Part shown: piece by piece, positions 1-12,058 of the stretch
Numbering within the stretch: the stretch's first letter is position 1
Layout: every line of letters starts with the position of its first letter
From: Hyaloraphidium curvatum SAG 235-1
Lineage: Eukaryota > Fungi > Monoblepharomycota
DNA: 64,000 nt
Direction of reading: 5' to 3'
Assembly (NCBI GenBank): GCA_025558095.1
Contig: JAIVFI010000007.1
Location: 1 to 64,000, forward strand
The notes under the pieces: generated by a model
What the model saw: the letters and a program-made list of their open reading frames with translations, nothing else
What the model was told of the DNA's origin: nothing
Database searches by the model: none
Translations under genes and position numbers: made by a program

Positions 1-573
1 GGGAAGGAGGCAAGGAAGGCGCCTGATGGCGGAGAGGACGGGAGGCCGGCCAAGAGGCGGCGCGGTGATCCACCCCCGGCGCAAAGTCCCACCGCGCTGG
101 TCCGCAGGGCGGGAGAGGCGGGAACGGCGGCGCTGGCGTGGTGCCTGGGCTTCAGCCGCGGGTACTGCGGTGATCCGGGAGCGCCTTTTGTGCACGGGCT
201 GCGGGCAGGGGCGATCCGGAGTTAGAGTGAGGCGCCGGATCACGTGCTGGGGGTCGCGGTGTGACTCCCCCCGTCCGTTCCCGTTGGAAGTCGATCCATC
301 CGCTGCCGGAACGAGCCGGGAGCTTCCCGATACCGCGGTTGCTGTCCCACACCGATTAGGAACAACCGACCTTTGCCGGCCGGCCCGTCGGCAATTCTTC
401 CGACCGTACTCACTTTTGGGGTCCGCCCGACTTGGGCTTTCACGAGCCAACCCCCGACACCTCCGGAGGAGCCTGCCTCCCGCGCCGCCATTCAGCGTGC
501 CCTCCGCCGCGGCCTCTCCGCCGCCTTTGCCCGCCGCCGCCCTCCGCCGCCGCTCCCGCGCCGCGCCGCCGCG

Positions 574-2776
574 ATGCCGCAGACCGTGCCGACGCTGCCC
601 CGCGAGGCATTCTCGACCTTCCACACCGGTGACACCGACCCGCTGTGCCCTATAGACGCCTCCTAACGATGCATTTCCCTCCCATCTCCCCGGTGCCCCG
701 AAATTCGCTCTGCCTCGGCCCTCTGTACCCCTCGTTGGTTCAGACCGCACCATCGTCGGCAAGGAGCTCCCCGCGGCGGCCGAGTACCCGCTCGACGACT
801 GCTTCATGGCCGAGGGCGAGAGGCCGCTGCCGGACACCAAGGTGGACTGCTACCTCGTCGACGGCGAGCTGAAGCAGTGGACCGGCAAGGTGCGCCGCCT
901 CGGGCGAAACTCCGTTCCCCGTTCTCACCCCCATTCCTCCCTTCATTCGGCGTCGGCTCGCTCCGCCCGCGACGGCAGATGGCCCCCGTCTACACCCCCA
1001 TCCGCGCCCGCGGCTCCCCCGCCAAGGTGCAGATCGGCGCCTACGCCATGCTGACCGAGGCGCAGGCCGCCGAGGCCGTCGACTCGGCCGCGCGCGCGTG
1101 GGACAACGGCCGCGGGGAGTGGGCGCAGTCGTCCGTTTTGGACCGGATCGCGGCCATGGAGAAGTTCCTGGACGGGCTGAGGGGGGTGAGGGACAGGATC
1201 GTGGAGCTGCTGAGTGGGTGTTCTTGAGGGGGGCCGTTCGACACCCTCTGACGGCATCTCTCTCTCTCGTGTGGGCCCCGTTTAGTGTGGGAAATCTGCA
1301 AGAACGCCAAGGACGCGGCCAACGAGGTCGACCGCACGGTGCAGTACATCGAGGCGACGATCGGCGCCCTCAAGACCCTGGTCAACGAGGGCTCGACCTT
1401 CAACGAGAACGGCGGCGTGGTGGCGCAGATCCGCCGCTCGCCGCTCGGCGTGGTCATGTGCGCCGGCCCCTTCAAGTGGGTGGGCGGGCGCGCGATGTCA
1501 TGATCACTTGCTGATCTCGCTCCCCGCCTTGCCCTTGTCGCCGACCGCCACTCGCTTCTCTCGTGGGCTTCGCTCGTGGCGCGCAGCTACCCGTTCAACG
1601 AGACCTACGCCCTCCTCATCCCCGCCCTCATCATGGGCAACTGCGTCGTCGTCAAGATCCCCCGCGTCGGCGTGCTCTGCCACCGCCCCACCTTCGAGCT
1701 CTTCCGCGACTGCTTCCCCAAGGGCGTCGTCAACATCGTCTCGGGCTCGGGCCGCGAGACCATGCCCCCGATCATGTCCTCGGGCAAGCTCGACGGGTTC
1801 GGCTTCATCGGCACCTCGGACGCCGCGGACGACCTGATGAAGGCCCACCCGGCCCCGCACCGCCTGCGCGCCGTGCTGGGGATGGAGGCCAAAAACCCCG
1901 GCATCGTCCTGCGCGACGCCAACCTGGACCTCGCCGTCAGCGAGTGCCTCCTGGGCTCGCTGAGCTTCAACGGGCAGCGGTGCACGGCCATCAAGATCAT
2001 CTTCGTCCACGAGGCCGTCGCCGACGCGTTCGTGGAGAAGTTCGCGGCCGAGGTGGACAAGCTCAAGCTGGGGACGCCGTGGGACAAGGACACCAAGATC
2101 ACGCCGCTGCCCGAGGAGGCCAAGCCGGCGTACCTCAAGGGGCTGATTGAGGACGCCGTGGGCAAGGGCGCCAAGATCGTCAACAAGAAGGGCGGCGTGT
2201 TTGACCGGACGCTCGTCACCCCGACCGTGCTGTACAACGTCACCCCCGACATGGTTGGTTGCTTTTGCTTGCCTCCGATTCGCTGCCGGCTCGCATAGCT
2301 GATCGACCCGTTCCCCGAACAACAGAAAGTCATGCACGAGGAGCAGTTCGGCCCCGTGGTCCCCATCGCCCGCTGGTCCTCGTGGGAGGACGTGGACAAG
2401 TTCCTGGCCGAGTCCAAGTACGGCCAGCAGGCCGCGCTCTTCGGCAACGACCCCGCCGAGATCGGCCCGATCGTGGACAGCCTGGTGAACCAGGTCGCCA
2501 GGGTCAACCTGAACGCGCAGTGCCAGAGGGGGCCGGACGTGTTCCCCTTCAATGGCCGCAAGGTTCGACGCGTTGTCGCCCCCTTTCGTGGCAGTTGCTG
2601 ACCCCGCTTTCGCGCAGTCCTCGGCCATCGGCACCCTCTCCATCTCGGACGCCCTCAAGGTCTTCTCGATCCGCACCATGGTCGCGACCAAGGTCGCGCC
2701 CCGCAACACCGACCTGCTCTCGGGCATCGTCAAGACGGGCACGTCGCAGTTCGTGAGCATGAACCACCTCTTCTGA
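574..2776 (+). CDS. gapN: NADP-dependent non-phosphorylating glyceraldehyde-3-phosphate dehydrogenase (ALDH superfamily, bacterial GapN type), multi-exon
   Basis: Spliced exons give [48 protein letters not shown], catalytic [32 protein letters not shown] and [15 protein letters not shown]. About 6 introns (e.g. 629-743, 891-979). Confidence 0.88.
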
Positions 2777-3003
2777 TCGGGATCCCGCGCCCGGAGGCGG
2801 GACGGGGAAAAAACTATGAAGCTACGCCGGGGGAAGACACGTAATCTCTTGCCATCGTTCTTGAATGTAATTTTGCCGCTCAATAGCAGCCTCAACCGTA
2901 GTTTTGGCGGTATCTTCGAGGCAGGTCTGCAGGTCGGGAGAGATTGGGCGATTTTGGCAGCAACCGCAACACCCTCCCCTGGGCTCCCCCACATCTCTCG
3001 GCT

Positions 3004-5162
3004 ATGGCGCCCGTCGCGGCGGCCGGCCGGCGCCTCGCGCTCCTCGCCCTCCTCTCCGTGCTCGCTGCGGCCTGCGGCACGGCGTCGGCGTGCACGCTCA
3101 TCGTCGTCGGGCGGCGCGCGTCCGCCGACGGCAGCGTGATGATCGCGCACACCGACGACGCCGGCGGCGCGACGTCCGACGTGCGGCTCGTGCGCATCGA
3201 GGCGGCGGACCACGCGCCGGGCAGCAGGAGGGCCGTGCTGCGCGTGCGGGGCGGCTACCCGCGCATCGTGGCGCCCAACAGGGGCAGGGCGTACGACCCG
3301 AAAAACTACCCGGGCGAGGAGGAAAATACCGTGTTGGGCTACATCGATCAGGTGATTTTATTGGAGGATGGCGATTCGGGAAATGGTATTGACGCGCTTT
3401 TGCGCCTCGCCACCGCGTTCACCCTCCAAGGTTCCCCATACCTACGCCTACATCGACCAGGACTACGGCATGATCAACGAGAAGCAGCTGATCATCGGCG
3501 AGACCACCACCTCGGCGCGCTTCGCCGGCTGGCCCAAGGCCCCCGGCGTGCCGTTCGGCAACTCGCTCTTCTGCGTCGAGGAGCTGTCCAAGATCGCCAT
3601 GGAGCGCTGCGACTCTGCGCGCTGCGCCATCGAGACCATGGGTGCGCTGGCGGTCGAGCACGGGTTCTACTCGGAGGAATCGGGGGAGGATCCGGAGCAC
3701 GCGACGCTGACGTTTGCCAGCGAGACGCTGGCCATTGGCGACAAGTACGCCGAGGTGGGCTCGTCTGGCTACTACGGCTGGCAGCATGTCGCTCACCGCC
3801 CCCATCCAGGCCTGGATGTTCTCGGTCCTCACGGGCCCGAACCGCACCTCGGCCATCTGGGCCGCCAGGCGCGTGCCGGACGACGAGGTCGCCGTCGCCG
3901 CCAACTCCTTCACCATCCGCCGCATGAACCTCTCGGACCCCGCCAACTACCTCGCCTCACCCCGCATCCACGAGATCGCCAAGGAAACCGGTGCCTGGCA
4001 CCCCGAGCGGGACGGGGAGTTCGACTTCGACAAGGCCTTCGGGTACATGGGCTCGATCCGCAACGGGGTCCGCGCGCTCTACGTCGGCCGCCGGATCTGG
4101 CGCGCCATGGACCTCCTCGCCCCCTCGCAGCGCTTCGATCCCTACTGGGGCGTTCACCCGGACCGCCCCTCGTACCCCTTCTCTGTCAAGCCCGACGCCC
4201 CCGTCACCCGCGAAAAGATCTTCTCCATCCTCCGGGACCACTACGAGGGCACCGAGTTCGACCTCTCCCGGCACCTCTCCGCCGGCCCCTTCCACGCCCC
4301 CGTGCGGTACGACGGCGAGGAGCACGGCGTCGAGGGCGGGTGGGAGCGCCCCATCTCCATCTTCCGCTCCACCTTCTCCTTCGTCGCCGTCTCGCGCGGG
4401 CAGCTTCCCGACCCCGTCGGCGGCGTCGCGTGGTACGGCCACGACGCGCCGCACGGCACCGTGTACGTCCCCTTCTGGGTCGGCGTGCGGGACAGGGACT
4501 GGCCCAAGGAGTGGGCCGCGGGGAAGCAGACCGAGTTCTCGACAAAGTCGGCATGGTGGGCGTTCGCGTTCGTGAACCAGTGGCGGATGCTGCGGTGGGA
4601 CCGGATGACGGAGGAGGACATCGGCCCGCTGCAGCGGAAGCTCGAGGCCGAGGTCGCCGAGGGGTACGAGAAGGCAGAGGCCGAGGCACTGGGGCACTGC
4701 ACCGCGGACGGGTGCTCCCGCGCCGCGACCGACGCGCTCTCCAAGTTCGTCGGCAAGGCGGCGGGCAGGGTGCTGGACGCGTGGTGGGATCTGGCGTGGA
4801 AGCTCGTGGCAAAGTACGCCAACGGGTACGTGACCACGGGCGAGGGCGAGGGGCAGCAGGAGTCCCCCGGGTACTCTCAGGAGTTCCTCGAGGCGACGGA
4901 CTTCAAGGGCTTCCCGGGCAAGACATACTACCTGCCCGGCGAGGAGCCGGCGTGGGGGGTGCACCTGCCCGAGGGCGGGCGGCCCAAGCCGGCCAAGCCG
5001 GATCCGCCGGCGCAGCACGAGCCGGGCGCGAGGTGGTCGCCCGACGGGCGCAGCTTCGCGTTCGGGGTGCTGGCTGTGGTCACGCTGCAGGCCGCGGTGC
5101 TGGGGATCGTGCTGCTGGCCAAGAAGCTGCGGGGGGACCGGGAGGGGTCGATCAAGATCTGA
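3004..5162 (+). CDS. Secreted/membrane-anchored peptidase family C69 (dipeptidase A/secernin, Ntn hydrolase)
   Basis: Signal peptide followed by CTLIVVGRRASADGSVMIAHTDD (N-terminal Cys nucleophile), INEKQLIIGETT, ERCDSARCAI, LRDHYEGT, WERPISIFR and a C-terminal hydrophobic helix. Introns 3352-3430 and 3755-3809. Confidence 0.9.
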
Positions 5163-5388
5163 GTATCGTCGGGCGCAGCCGAGCGCTCCTTGGGTATTGG
5201 ACGATGGATTATTGGACTTCGTGTATAGTGCGGCGTATGATCTGATTATCGGCTCGCTCGGTCGCCAAGTACCGTGCCATCTGGAGGCGGTAGGGGATTG
5301 CTGGACCGGCAATCCCATACGTCATCAACGCGCTGAGGACACTGGACCCGCAATCGATGCACCCCGAATCCAATCCACCTAGCTCGCA

Positions 5389-7241
5389 ATGAGTCCCCAA
5401 GCCGCGCTCTTTCTCGTCCTCGCGGCGCTCGCGGCGCTCATCCCGCTCGCCGCCGCCTTCGGTGGGGCCGGCGAGAGCAGCGGGAGCGGCGGGCGCGCGC
5501 CCATCGTCACCAAGCCCGGCACCTACGCCGGAGCGCTCAATGCGCTGGTGTGCACCGACACCATGCACTTCGTGCTGTCGTGCAGGCAGTATTCTGGGGT
5601 GCTCACGAGCGGCGAGTGCCCGGCCGGGGGAACGGCCCAAGCGCGGCTGTGGATGAGGCGCAAGGACGACGGCGACGAAGGAGAAGGGGGCAGCAACGAT
5701 GCCTGCAAGGTCGCCGACCAGGGAGCCATCCTCGAAGCCGTCAAGGCGAAGTGCACCGGCAGGAGGGAGTGCAAGGCCAAGCTCCACGACCTCGTTCCGT
5801 CGGCCAAGGACTGCAAGGGCGTCGGGGCGGTAGGTGTTCCGGAAATCCTGGCATTCGCCGGCCCATCCGCTGACGGCCGTTCCGCAGTACCTCGAGGTTG
5901 CGTACGATTGCCTGAAAGACGCGCCGGCGGACTATGCCGCGGATGAGGGCGACGCCGAGTACGATCACCAGGAGGCAGAGCGCAGGAAGAAAGATGAGGA
6001 GAGGTTCAAGGCGGAGGAGGAGAAGGCTCGGGCGGAGGTGGAGAAGGCCAGGGCGGCGGAGGACGGCAAGAGAAAGGCGCACAAGAATGCGGAGCCGATC
6101 GTCACCAAGACCGGCAACGGCGGGCTCAAGGCGCTGGTGTGCACCGACACCATGAACTTCGTCCTCTCGTGCGAGTGGTACCCAGGGGTGCTCACGATCC
6201 ATTCGGCCAAGTTCGGGGCCGGGAAGCGGAAGGGCGAGTGCCTTGCCGGGGGCGGCACGGCCGAGGCGAGGCGGCTTTGGAGGCGCATGTTTCAGGCCAA
6301 GGACGACGACGACGAAGGCGGAGACCCTGACGGCGAGGGTGCCTGCAAGGCCGCCGACCAGAAAACCGTCCTCGAGGCCGTCAAAGCGAAGTGCAGCGGC
6401 AAGAAGGAGTGCAAAGCCCAGGTCACCGACCTGGTTCCGACGGCCGGAGATTGCAAGGGCGTCGGGACAGTGCGTGTTCTGCTAATCCGGGCATCCGCTG
6501 ACTCATCCGCTGACGGCTGTTCCGCAGTACCTCGAGGTTGCGTACGATTGCCTGAAAGATCCGCCGGAACAGGAGGCGTTTCAGAAGGCCCAGGCGGAGG
6601 AGAAGGCCAAGGCGGACGAGAAGGCCAGGGCGGACGAGAAGGCCAGGGCGGACGAGAAGGCCAGGGCGGAGGCGGAGGAGAGATGGCGAAAGGAGAGGCC
6701 GAAGGTGGAGCTATTCGGGGGGGAGGAGGGCACGAGAATTGCGTACCCAAAGGACAGCGCCGGGGAGGACAAGGGCGGGGGAAAGACGGAGGAGAAGGCG
6801 GAAAAGGATGGAGTCAGGCCAAGCGCCGGCGGGGATTCCAAGGCGCACAAGCTCGCCAGGGAGATCACGGCAGCGGCCCGGCGTACCGCAGACAACAGGA
6901 CCGCGCTCGAGGATGCTTTCCAGCTGGCCACCTGGTCGATCCCCGCCCAGGTGTGGCAGAAGTCGCTGGCGCGCAAGATGGCAGCCGAGCTCGAGGCGGC
7001 CATGATCAACCAGAGGCGCAAGGGCATGGTGGTACCACAGTATCTCGGCGAGCCTTTCAAGGTGGCTGCAGATGAAGCCAAGGCGCGGATCGAATCGGCC
7101 CGCGCCCGCCTCGACAAGGACGCCAAGGCGTTTTTGCGCGAGATCGAGCGCAGCATGGACAAGGTGGTGCAGGCGCGGGTGCGGGATTGGATGGGGTACC
7201 ACGAGAAGCGGATGAAGAGGGAGATTCTGGGCCAAAAGTGA
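5389..7241 (+). CDS. Secreted protein with two SUEL/rhamnose-binding-lectin-like domains and a charged helical C-terminus
   Basis: Signal peptide; two copies of ALVC..LSC..GEC..CK..VKAKCxGxxEC..DCKG(intron)YLEVAYDC. Introns ~5830-5887 and ~6470-6527. EKARAD repeats. Confidence 0.75.
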
Positions 7242-7720
7242 CAGGTCGATTTCGCGATGGGTACTTGAGTAACGTTGGGCGCGGTGCGCACCCTCAGGGG
7301 GCGTTTGGACGGGGAATCGGGTTTCATGTACTGTACGACGCGCAATCCGACCATCAACTAGGCCGAAGTGCCCAAGGCTGAAGGCGGCCGTGGCGGCGCT
7401 TCAGGCGTCCATTGCGGGGCTGGAGAAGGAGGTGCAGGGCCGGATGCGGGAGTGGATCGGGTGGCAGGAGGAGCGGATGGGGAGGGCCCGCTCCCCGCCG
7501 CGTCCCATCCAGATGATGCTGCGTCGTACCTTCCTTGTAAATCAGTAAATGGACGAGGCCTCTTGCCTTTCCAATTGGGCGGTATGACCGCGTCCCGATC
7601 AATTTGGTCGACCCGGCCCCTCTTGCCAGCGCCCCTGGACCCACGAAACCTCCCCTCATGCCCACCCACACTGCCCCCGGCGGCCCCCGCAGTACCGCGG
7701 CCCCCGGCGCCACCGCCGCG

Positions 7721-8940
7721 ATGCCGCGCCTTGCGCTGCTCCTCTTGCTGGCGGCGCTGCCGCTCCTCGCGGTCGCGCAGGACCCGCCCAAAATCACAAA
7801 GGGCAAGGGCGGCTCCATGACCGCCCTCGCGTGCGCCGACACGATGTCGTTCAAGCTGACGTGCAAGTCGGGCACGGTGCTCGCGATCTCGGCGGCCACG
7901 TTCTCGGCGGGGAAGCGCAAGGGCGAGTGCGCCGCGGAGGAGGAGGAGGAGCGGAGGCGCCTGCGGAGGCGGCAGGACGACGACGACGAGGAGGAGGAGG
8001 AGGAAAAGACGTGCGAGGTCGACGACGACGCGCAGGAGGCCGTGCTGGGGGCCGTCAAGGCGCTCTGCGACGGCAAGAAGTCGTGCAAGTCGGACATCGG
8101 GGAGCTGGCGCCGATGGCGGAGGACTGCACGGGGACCGGGGCGGTTCGTCCTTCACCGCCCTTCCGCGCAGCCTCGCATCTCATGCTTCTTCTCCCTGGC
8201 AGTACCTCGAGGTCAAGTACAAGTGCGAGAAGCCGAAGCCCAAGAAGAAGGCCCCGAAAAAGACGGCACCGAAGAAGACGTCACCCAAAAAGACCACGAA
8301 GAAGCATCAGAAGACGGGAGACGACGACGACGATGACGATGCCGCGGCCAAGGCCAAGGCGGACGCGGACGCCAAGGCCAAGGAGGAGCAGGACAAGGCC
8401 GAGGCGGACGCAAAGGCCGCCGAGGACGCGAGAAAGGCGCAGGAGGAGGCCGACAAAAAGGACGCGGAGGAGGCCGACAGGAAGGCCAAGGAGAATGCGG
8501 AGCGCAAGGCCAAGGAGGAAGCCGAGCGGCTCGCGCAGGAGGCCGCCGACAAGGCCAAAGCCGACGCAGATAGCAAGGCCAAGCTCGAAAAGGACTACGA
8601 GACCACGGTCAACTCGGGCCCGGCGCGGCAGTGGGAGAACATGCTCCGGCAGGTGCTGGCGACCAACAGGGAGATCAAGGTTATGGAGCGCGAGAAAAGG
8701 GAGGCGCTGGACAAGCTCCGGGGCTTCATGGCCGTCTTCCAGAAGCCGGCGATCGAGGTCAAATTCGGTCCGCTCATCATGGCCGCCCAGATGAGGCTGA
8801 AGCAGATGGACGCGGCGCTGGGCGTAGCCACGGGCGCGCTGCAGACCTACATCGGGAGCCTGGACAAGGAGCTGCAGGATCGGGTGCGGGAGTGGATGTC
8901 GCGGCAGCAGGATCGGATGAAGCAGGAGATGGCCGGGTAG
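7721..8940 (+). CDS. Secreted single SUEL-lectin-like domain protein with Lys-rich linker and coiled coil (paralogue of 5389-7241)
   Basis: MPRLALLLLLAALPLLAVA signal; same Cys pattern; intron 8144-8202 at the same position before YLEV; C-terminus homologous to the upstream gene. Confidence 0.75.
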
Positions 8941-9064
8941 CATTTGGGCGAGGGACCAAAGAGAGAGGGAAGGAGTTCACTTGTCGAGTGATTGGCCCAA
9001 TGCAGGCATGCATCCCTTTCGTGCAGCGCCGTTCAAAAGCAAGGGAGGTCGCAGTCCTGCGCGG

Positions 9065-10717
9065 TCAGCCCTTCGCCCCGCTGGCCCTCGCCGAAATTCT
9101 CGCCCTCGACCTCGTGGCCGGCCACCGCGACCCGATCCCCGTCCTCCCCCTGACGTAATCGTCCCCCCCGTCCTCGAGCAGCTCCACCTCGTAGTTTGCC
9201 AGCATCACCCCCGCGGCGCAGCGCATCTCGCCCCGGGCAAAGTTGCGCCCGGGGCACATGCTCGCCCCCGCGCCGAACGGCGCCGTGCGCGCGGCGGTCT
9301 TGGCGGGCCCCGCGGCGGCGTGCCGCGCAGGGTCGAACGCGGTGGGGGGGCTGGTGTCGCCGGCGTACAGACCGGGGTCACGGTGAAGCATCTCCGGGAC
9401 GAAGAAGAACACCCTGGTTCCCTGCGGGAGGCGGAACGGGGTACCCGGGAGGTCGCACCCGCCGTCGGCGACGGCCTCGCGGGTGATGAACACGCTCATG
9501 GTGTGCCGCAGGGTCTCGGTCAGCGCGGCGTCCAGGGCCGGGGTCGGAAAAGAGGGGTCGAAAGCGCCCGAGGCGCACGCGGCGCGGGCTTCCGCGAGGC
9601 AGTCCGCGGCCCAGGCTTCCTCCGAGCGCAGGCCGCGGAGGATGTGGAGGACCATCCAGTAGGCCGTCGGGCCGGTGTTGACGTGCGACACCCAGTGCGT
9701 GATCAGCATCGACAAGCCCATCGCCTTGGGACCCGCATAGGGAAGGTGGGTGCGGAGGTTCGAGAGCACGAGGTTGACGATGAACGGGGAAGGAAGGTTC
9801 GCGGGCGTATCGTAGTCCGGCGGGATCTCCGGGGGCTTGTCGCGCGAGATGCCGGGGCACCCGTCGATCAGCGAGGTCCAGTGCTCCGTGAATTGGTCGC
9901 CCGGATCGTACAGGTCCTCGAGGAAGGCCATGGCCTCCTGCTGCTCCTTGGGGAGCATGGATCGCGGGACGACCTGCAGCGTCGGAAACGCGGCGTCGAA
10001 CAGCATCATCTTGGACAGCGTGTGCGCCGACAGCCCGGAAGCCCGGTCCTCCTCCGCCGTTGGCCCGCCGATCGGGAATCGGGTGCCGAACATGGCCTTG
10101 CTGCCAGCGAACCACACCAGGCCGTTCATAAACTCGAACAGATCCACCTCGATGCCGCCTGGCGGCACCTCGGCCCTCAGTTTGTCGGCGAACCAGGGCA
10201 CGAAGCGGGCAGTCAGGCGGGCCGCGTCATTCAGCAAGAACTTCTGGGTGACCTTGTAATCCGAGACCGCCTGTGAGTGGAAGGACCACCCCTCCTCGGG
10301 CCGCGCCGTCGTGTCCCGGCCGGTCAGCCTCGCCACGAACTCGGCCTTGACGGGATCGAAACTGAACCCGCGGCCGTCGCGCATGACCGCGGCGTAAACT
10401 GCGGGGTCCATGACGTGGACCGAATCGGCACCCATCATGGTCATCGAAAACACGGGGCCATGCTCCTTTTCCAGCTTGCGCAGCAGCCCCGGGCCGTCGG
10501 CGCCCAGCGCGAGCGCGTGGCCGACGTACGGCAGCCAGCCGGCGTCGTGCGGGGGAGAACCCGGCGGCCTCGGGGCCCACTTTCGGTTGAAGACGCGCAG
10601 AGAGAGCAGGTATGCCGCAAACAGCCAGGCGACGGCGTGGGCGGCGGGATGGCCGATGCGGGAGGCGAGGAAGAATGCCGCGGCGGCGGCCAGCACGGGG
10701 AACGGCGTCGACAGCAT
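9065..10717 (-). CDS. Cytochrome P450, CYP7/CYP8-clan-like, intronless
   Basis: N-terminal anchor, PP..GWLPYVGHAL, I-helix WVSHVNTGPTAYW, ETLR, FDPAR, heme motif PFGAGASMCPGRNFA. Confidence 0.92.
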   Translation of the reverse strand: MLSTPFPVLAAAAAFFLASRIGHPAAHAVAWLFAAYLLSLRVFNRKWAPRPPGSPPHDAGWLPYVGHALALGADGPGLLRKLEKEHGPVFSMTMMGADSVHVMDPAVYAAVMRDGRGFSFDPVKAEFVARLTGRDTTARPEEGWSFHSQAVSDYKVTQKFLLNDAARLTARFVPWFADKLRAEVPPGGIEVDLFEFMNGLVWFAGSKAMFGTRFPIGGPTAEEDRASGLSAHTLSKMMLFDAAFPTLQVVPRSMLPKEQQEAMAFLEDLYDPGDQFTEHWTSLIDGCPGISRDKPPEIPPDYDTPANLPSPFIVNLVLSNLRTHLPYAGPKAMGLSMLITHWVSHVNTGPTAYWMVLHILRGLRSEEAWAADCLAEARAACASGAFDPSFPTPALDAALTETLRHTMSVFITREAVADGGCDLPGTPFRLPQGTRVFFFVPEMLHRDPGLYAGDTSPPTAFDPARHAAAGPAKTAARTAPFGAGASMCPGRNFARGEMRCAAGVMLANYEVELLEDGGDDYVRGRTGIGSRWPATRSRARISARASGAKG

Positions 10718-10972
10718 CGGGCGGCGCGGTCCTTCGCGGCTTAGGCAAGAGGAATAACTACGCGACCGCCGGCGCGGTCTAGAGTGGCGGAACGCGTTCC
10801 GAAGTGCCGCCCTTGGCGTGGTTCTGAATCTGATCACGATCGATTTTAGGCTCATATTGTCTCCCGCCTGAGGAGCCGATTCCAAAGCTTTCCTCCGGAT
10901 GGCCGGACGAGGGGCCGGAGGCGCTGCGCAGGACGGATTGGAGGGGCGTCGATCGGATACCTAGGGGATTGG

Positions 10973-11440
10973 GTGGGTTGTCGGCGGCGATTGCGCGACG
11001 TCGGGCCTCGGTCCTCAGCACTTCGGCCGCAGCGCACCCGGACGGCAAGCCCGTCGACGAAATCGTGGGTCCCTTGTCTCGTAATTGCCGGCGGCGCCCC
11101 GCTCACGAGCTCCGCGCTCCGCGCACAGATCGCTGCCGTCTGCGCCGACGTCCCCGCCACCTCTGACTTCTGCCGCATGTTCGCCGGCACCTACGTCCCC
11201 ACCTCGACCGCCTCGGTCTCGCTGCAGTTCTTCCGCCCCGTCCCCGAGGGCACCCCCTTTGTGTACCTGGTCTACGACATGCCGGCGCAGGACGTCGCCC
11301 ACGGGCCAGGGGCGTCGGGGAACGTAGCGTACTGCGAGACGAGGATCTGGACGCCGGACGGGGATCTAATTGCGGTGCAGAGGCAGGCCAAGGCGTTCGT
11401 GGGGGGATCCCCGGTGCATCCGCAAGGGGTGAAGCTCTAG
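10973..11440 (+). CDS. HotDog-fold acyl-CoA thioesterase-like C-terminal half (possibly truncated or pseudogene)
   Basis: HPDGKPVDEI(intron)IAAVCADVP...STASVSLQFFRP...CETRIWTPDGDLIAVQRQ resembles the second HotDog domain of TesB-like enzymes. No convincing start or N-terminal half found. Confidence 0.5.
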   Translation: MGCRRRLRDVGPRSSALRPQRTRTASPSTKSWVPCLVIAGGAPLTSSALRAQIAAVCADVPATSDFCRMFAGTYVPTSTASVSLQFFRPVPEGTPFVYLVYDMPAQDVAHGPGASGNVAYCETRIWTPDGDLIAVQRQAKAFVGGSPVHPQGVKL

Positions 11441-12058
11441 TCGCGGTAGATGGCCCGAAGCGACGCAGTCGTGGAAGGGCGGTGGTCGAAGAAACGCAGA
11501 GTTCGATAGATACATAGATTCCTTTGCTGCTAGCTGGATTCCATTTCGTTTGTGATGTTAGCGGGGCGACCGCGGGAAGCCTGATCTGCGTTCGCCGCTG
11601 ACGTGGCCTAGCTCGTTCTCCGCCCTGCTGTTAGGCCATGCCCGTCGGGGCAGGCACGTCGTGCCGATCTCCCCACACGAAGAACGGCGACGGGGTTCGT
11701 TCCCGCCGCCGCTAAAGGCCAAGGGCAGGCGGGGAGATTGTGCACAAGATCGAGAAAGAAAGCCACGGACGAAGCCCGTACCGTGCCATCGAGCTCGCGT
11801 CGCACACTAGCTTGCGCCACCGTCCGGAAAAGCTCACCTGATAATTGTCCAAGGGAGGGCCGTGCCGTTAGTATCCCCGATAAAGCCGTCCAGCAAGCGG
11901 TCGGAAAGGCTGGTGTGCGGCGCGGCCGGCGACGGGGCTTTCTCCCACTGCCCTGGGTGTGTACCACTGCCCAACTCAACTCTCAGCAACTCTCTGCCTC
12001 CCAGACCCTGCCCGCCCGCTCCAAGCAACCCATCGCCCACCGCACCTCCAACCGCGAG

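Noticed and set aside
1200-2620. Frameshifted pseudogenes or programmed frameshifts
   Set aside because: Frame changes coincide with GT..AG introns whose removal restores conserved motifs.
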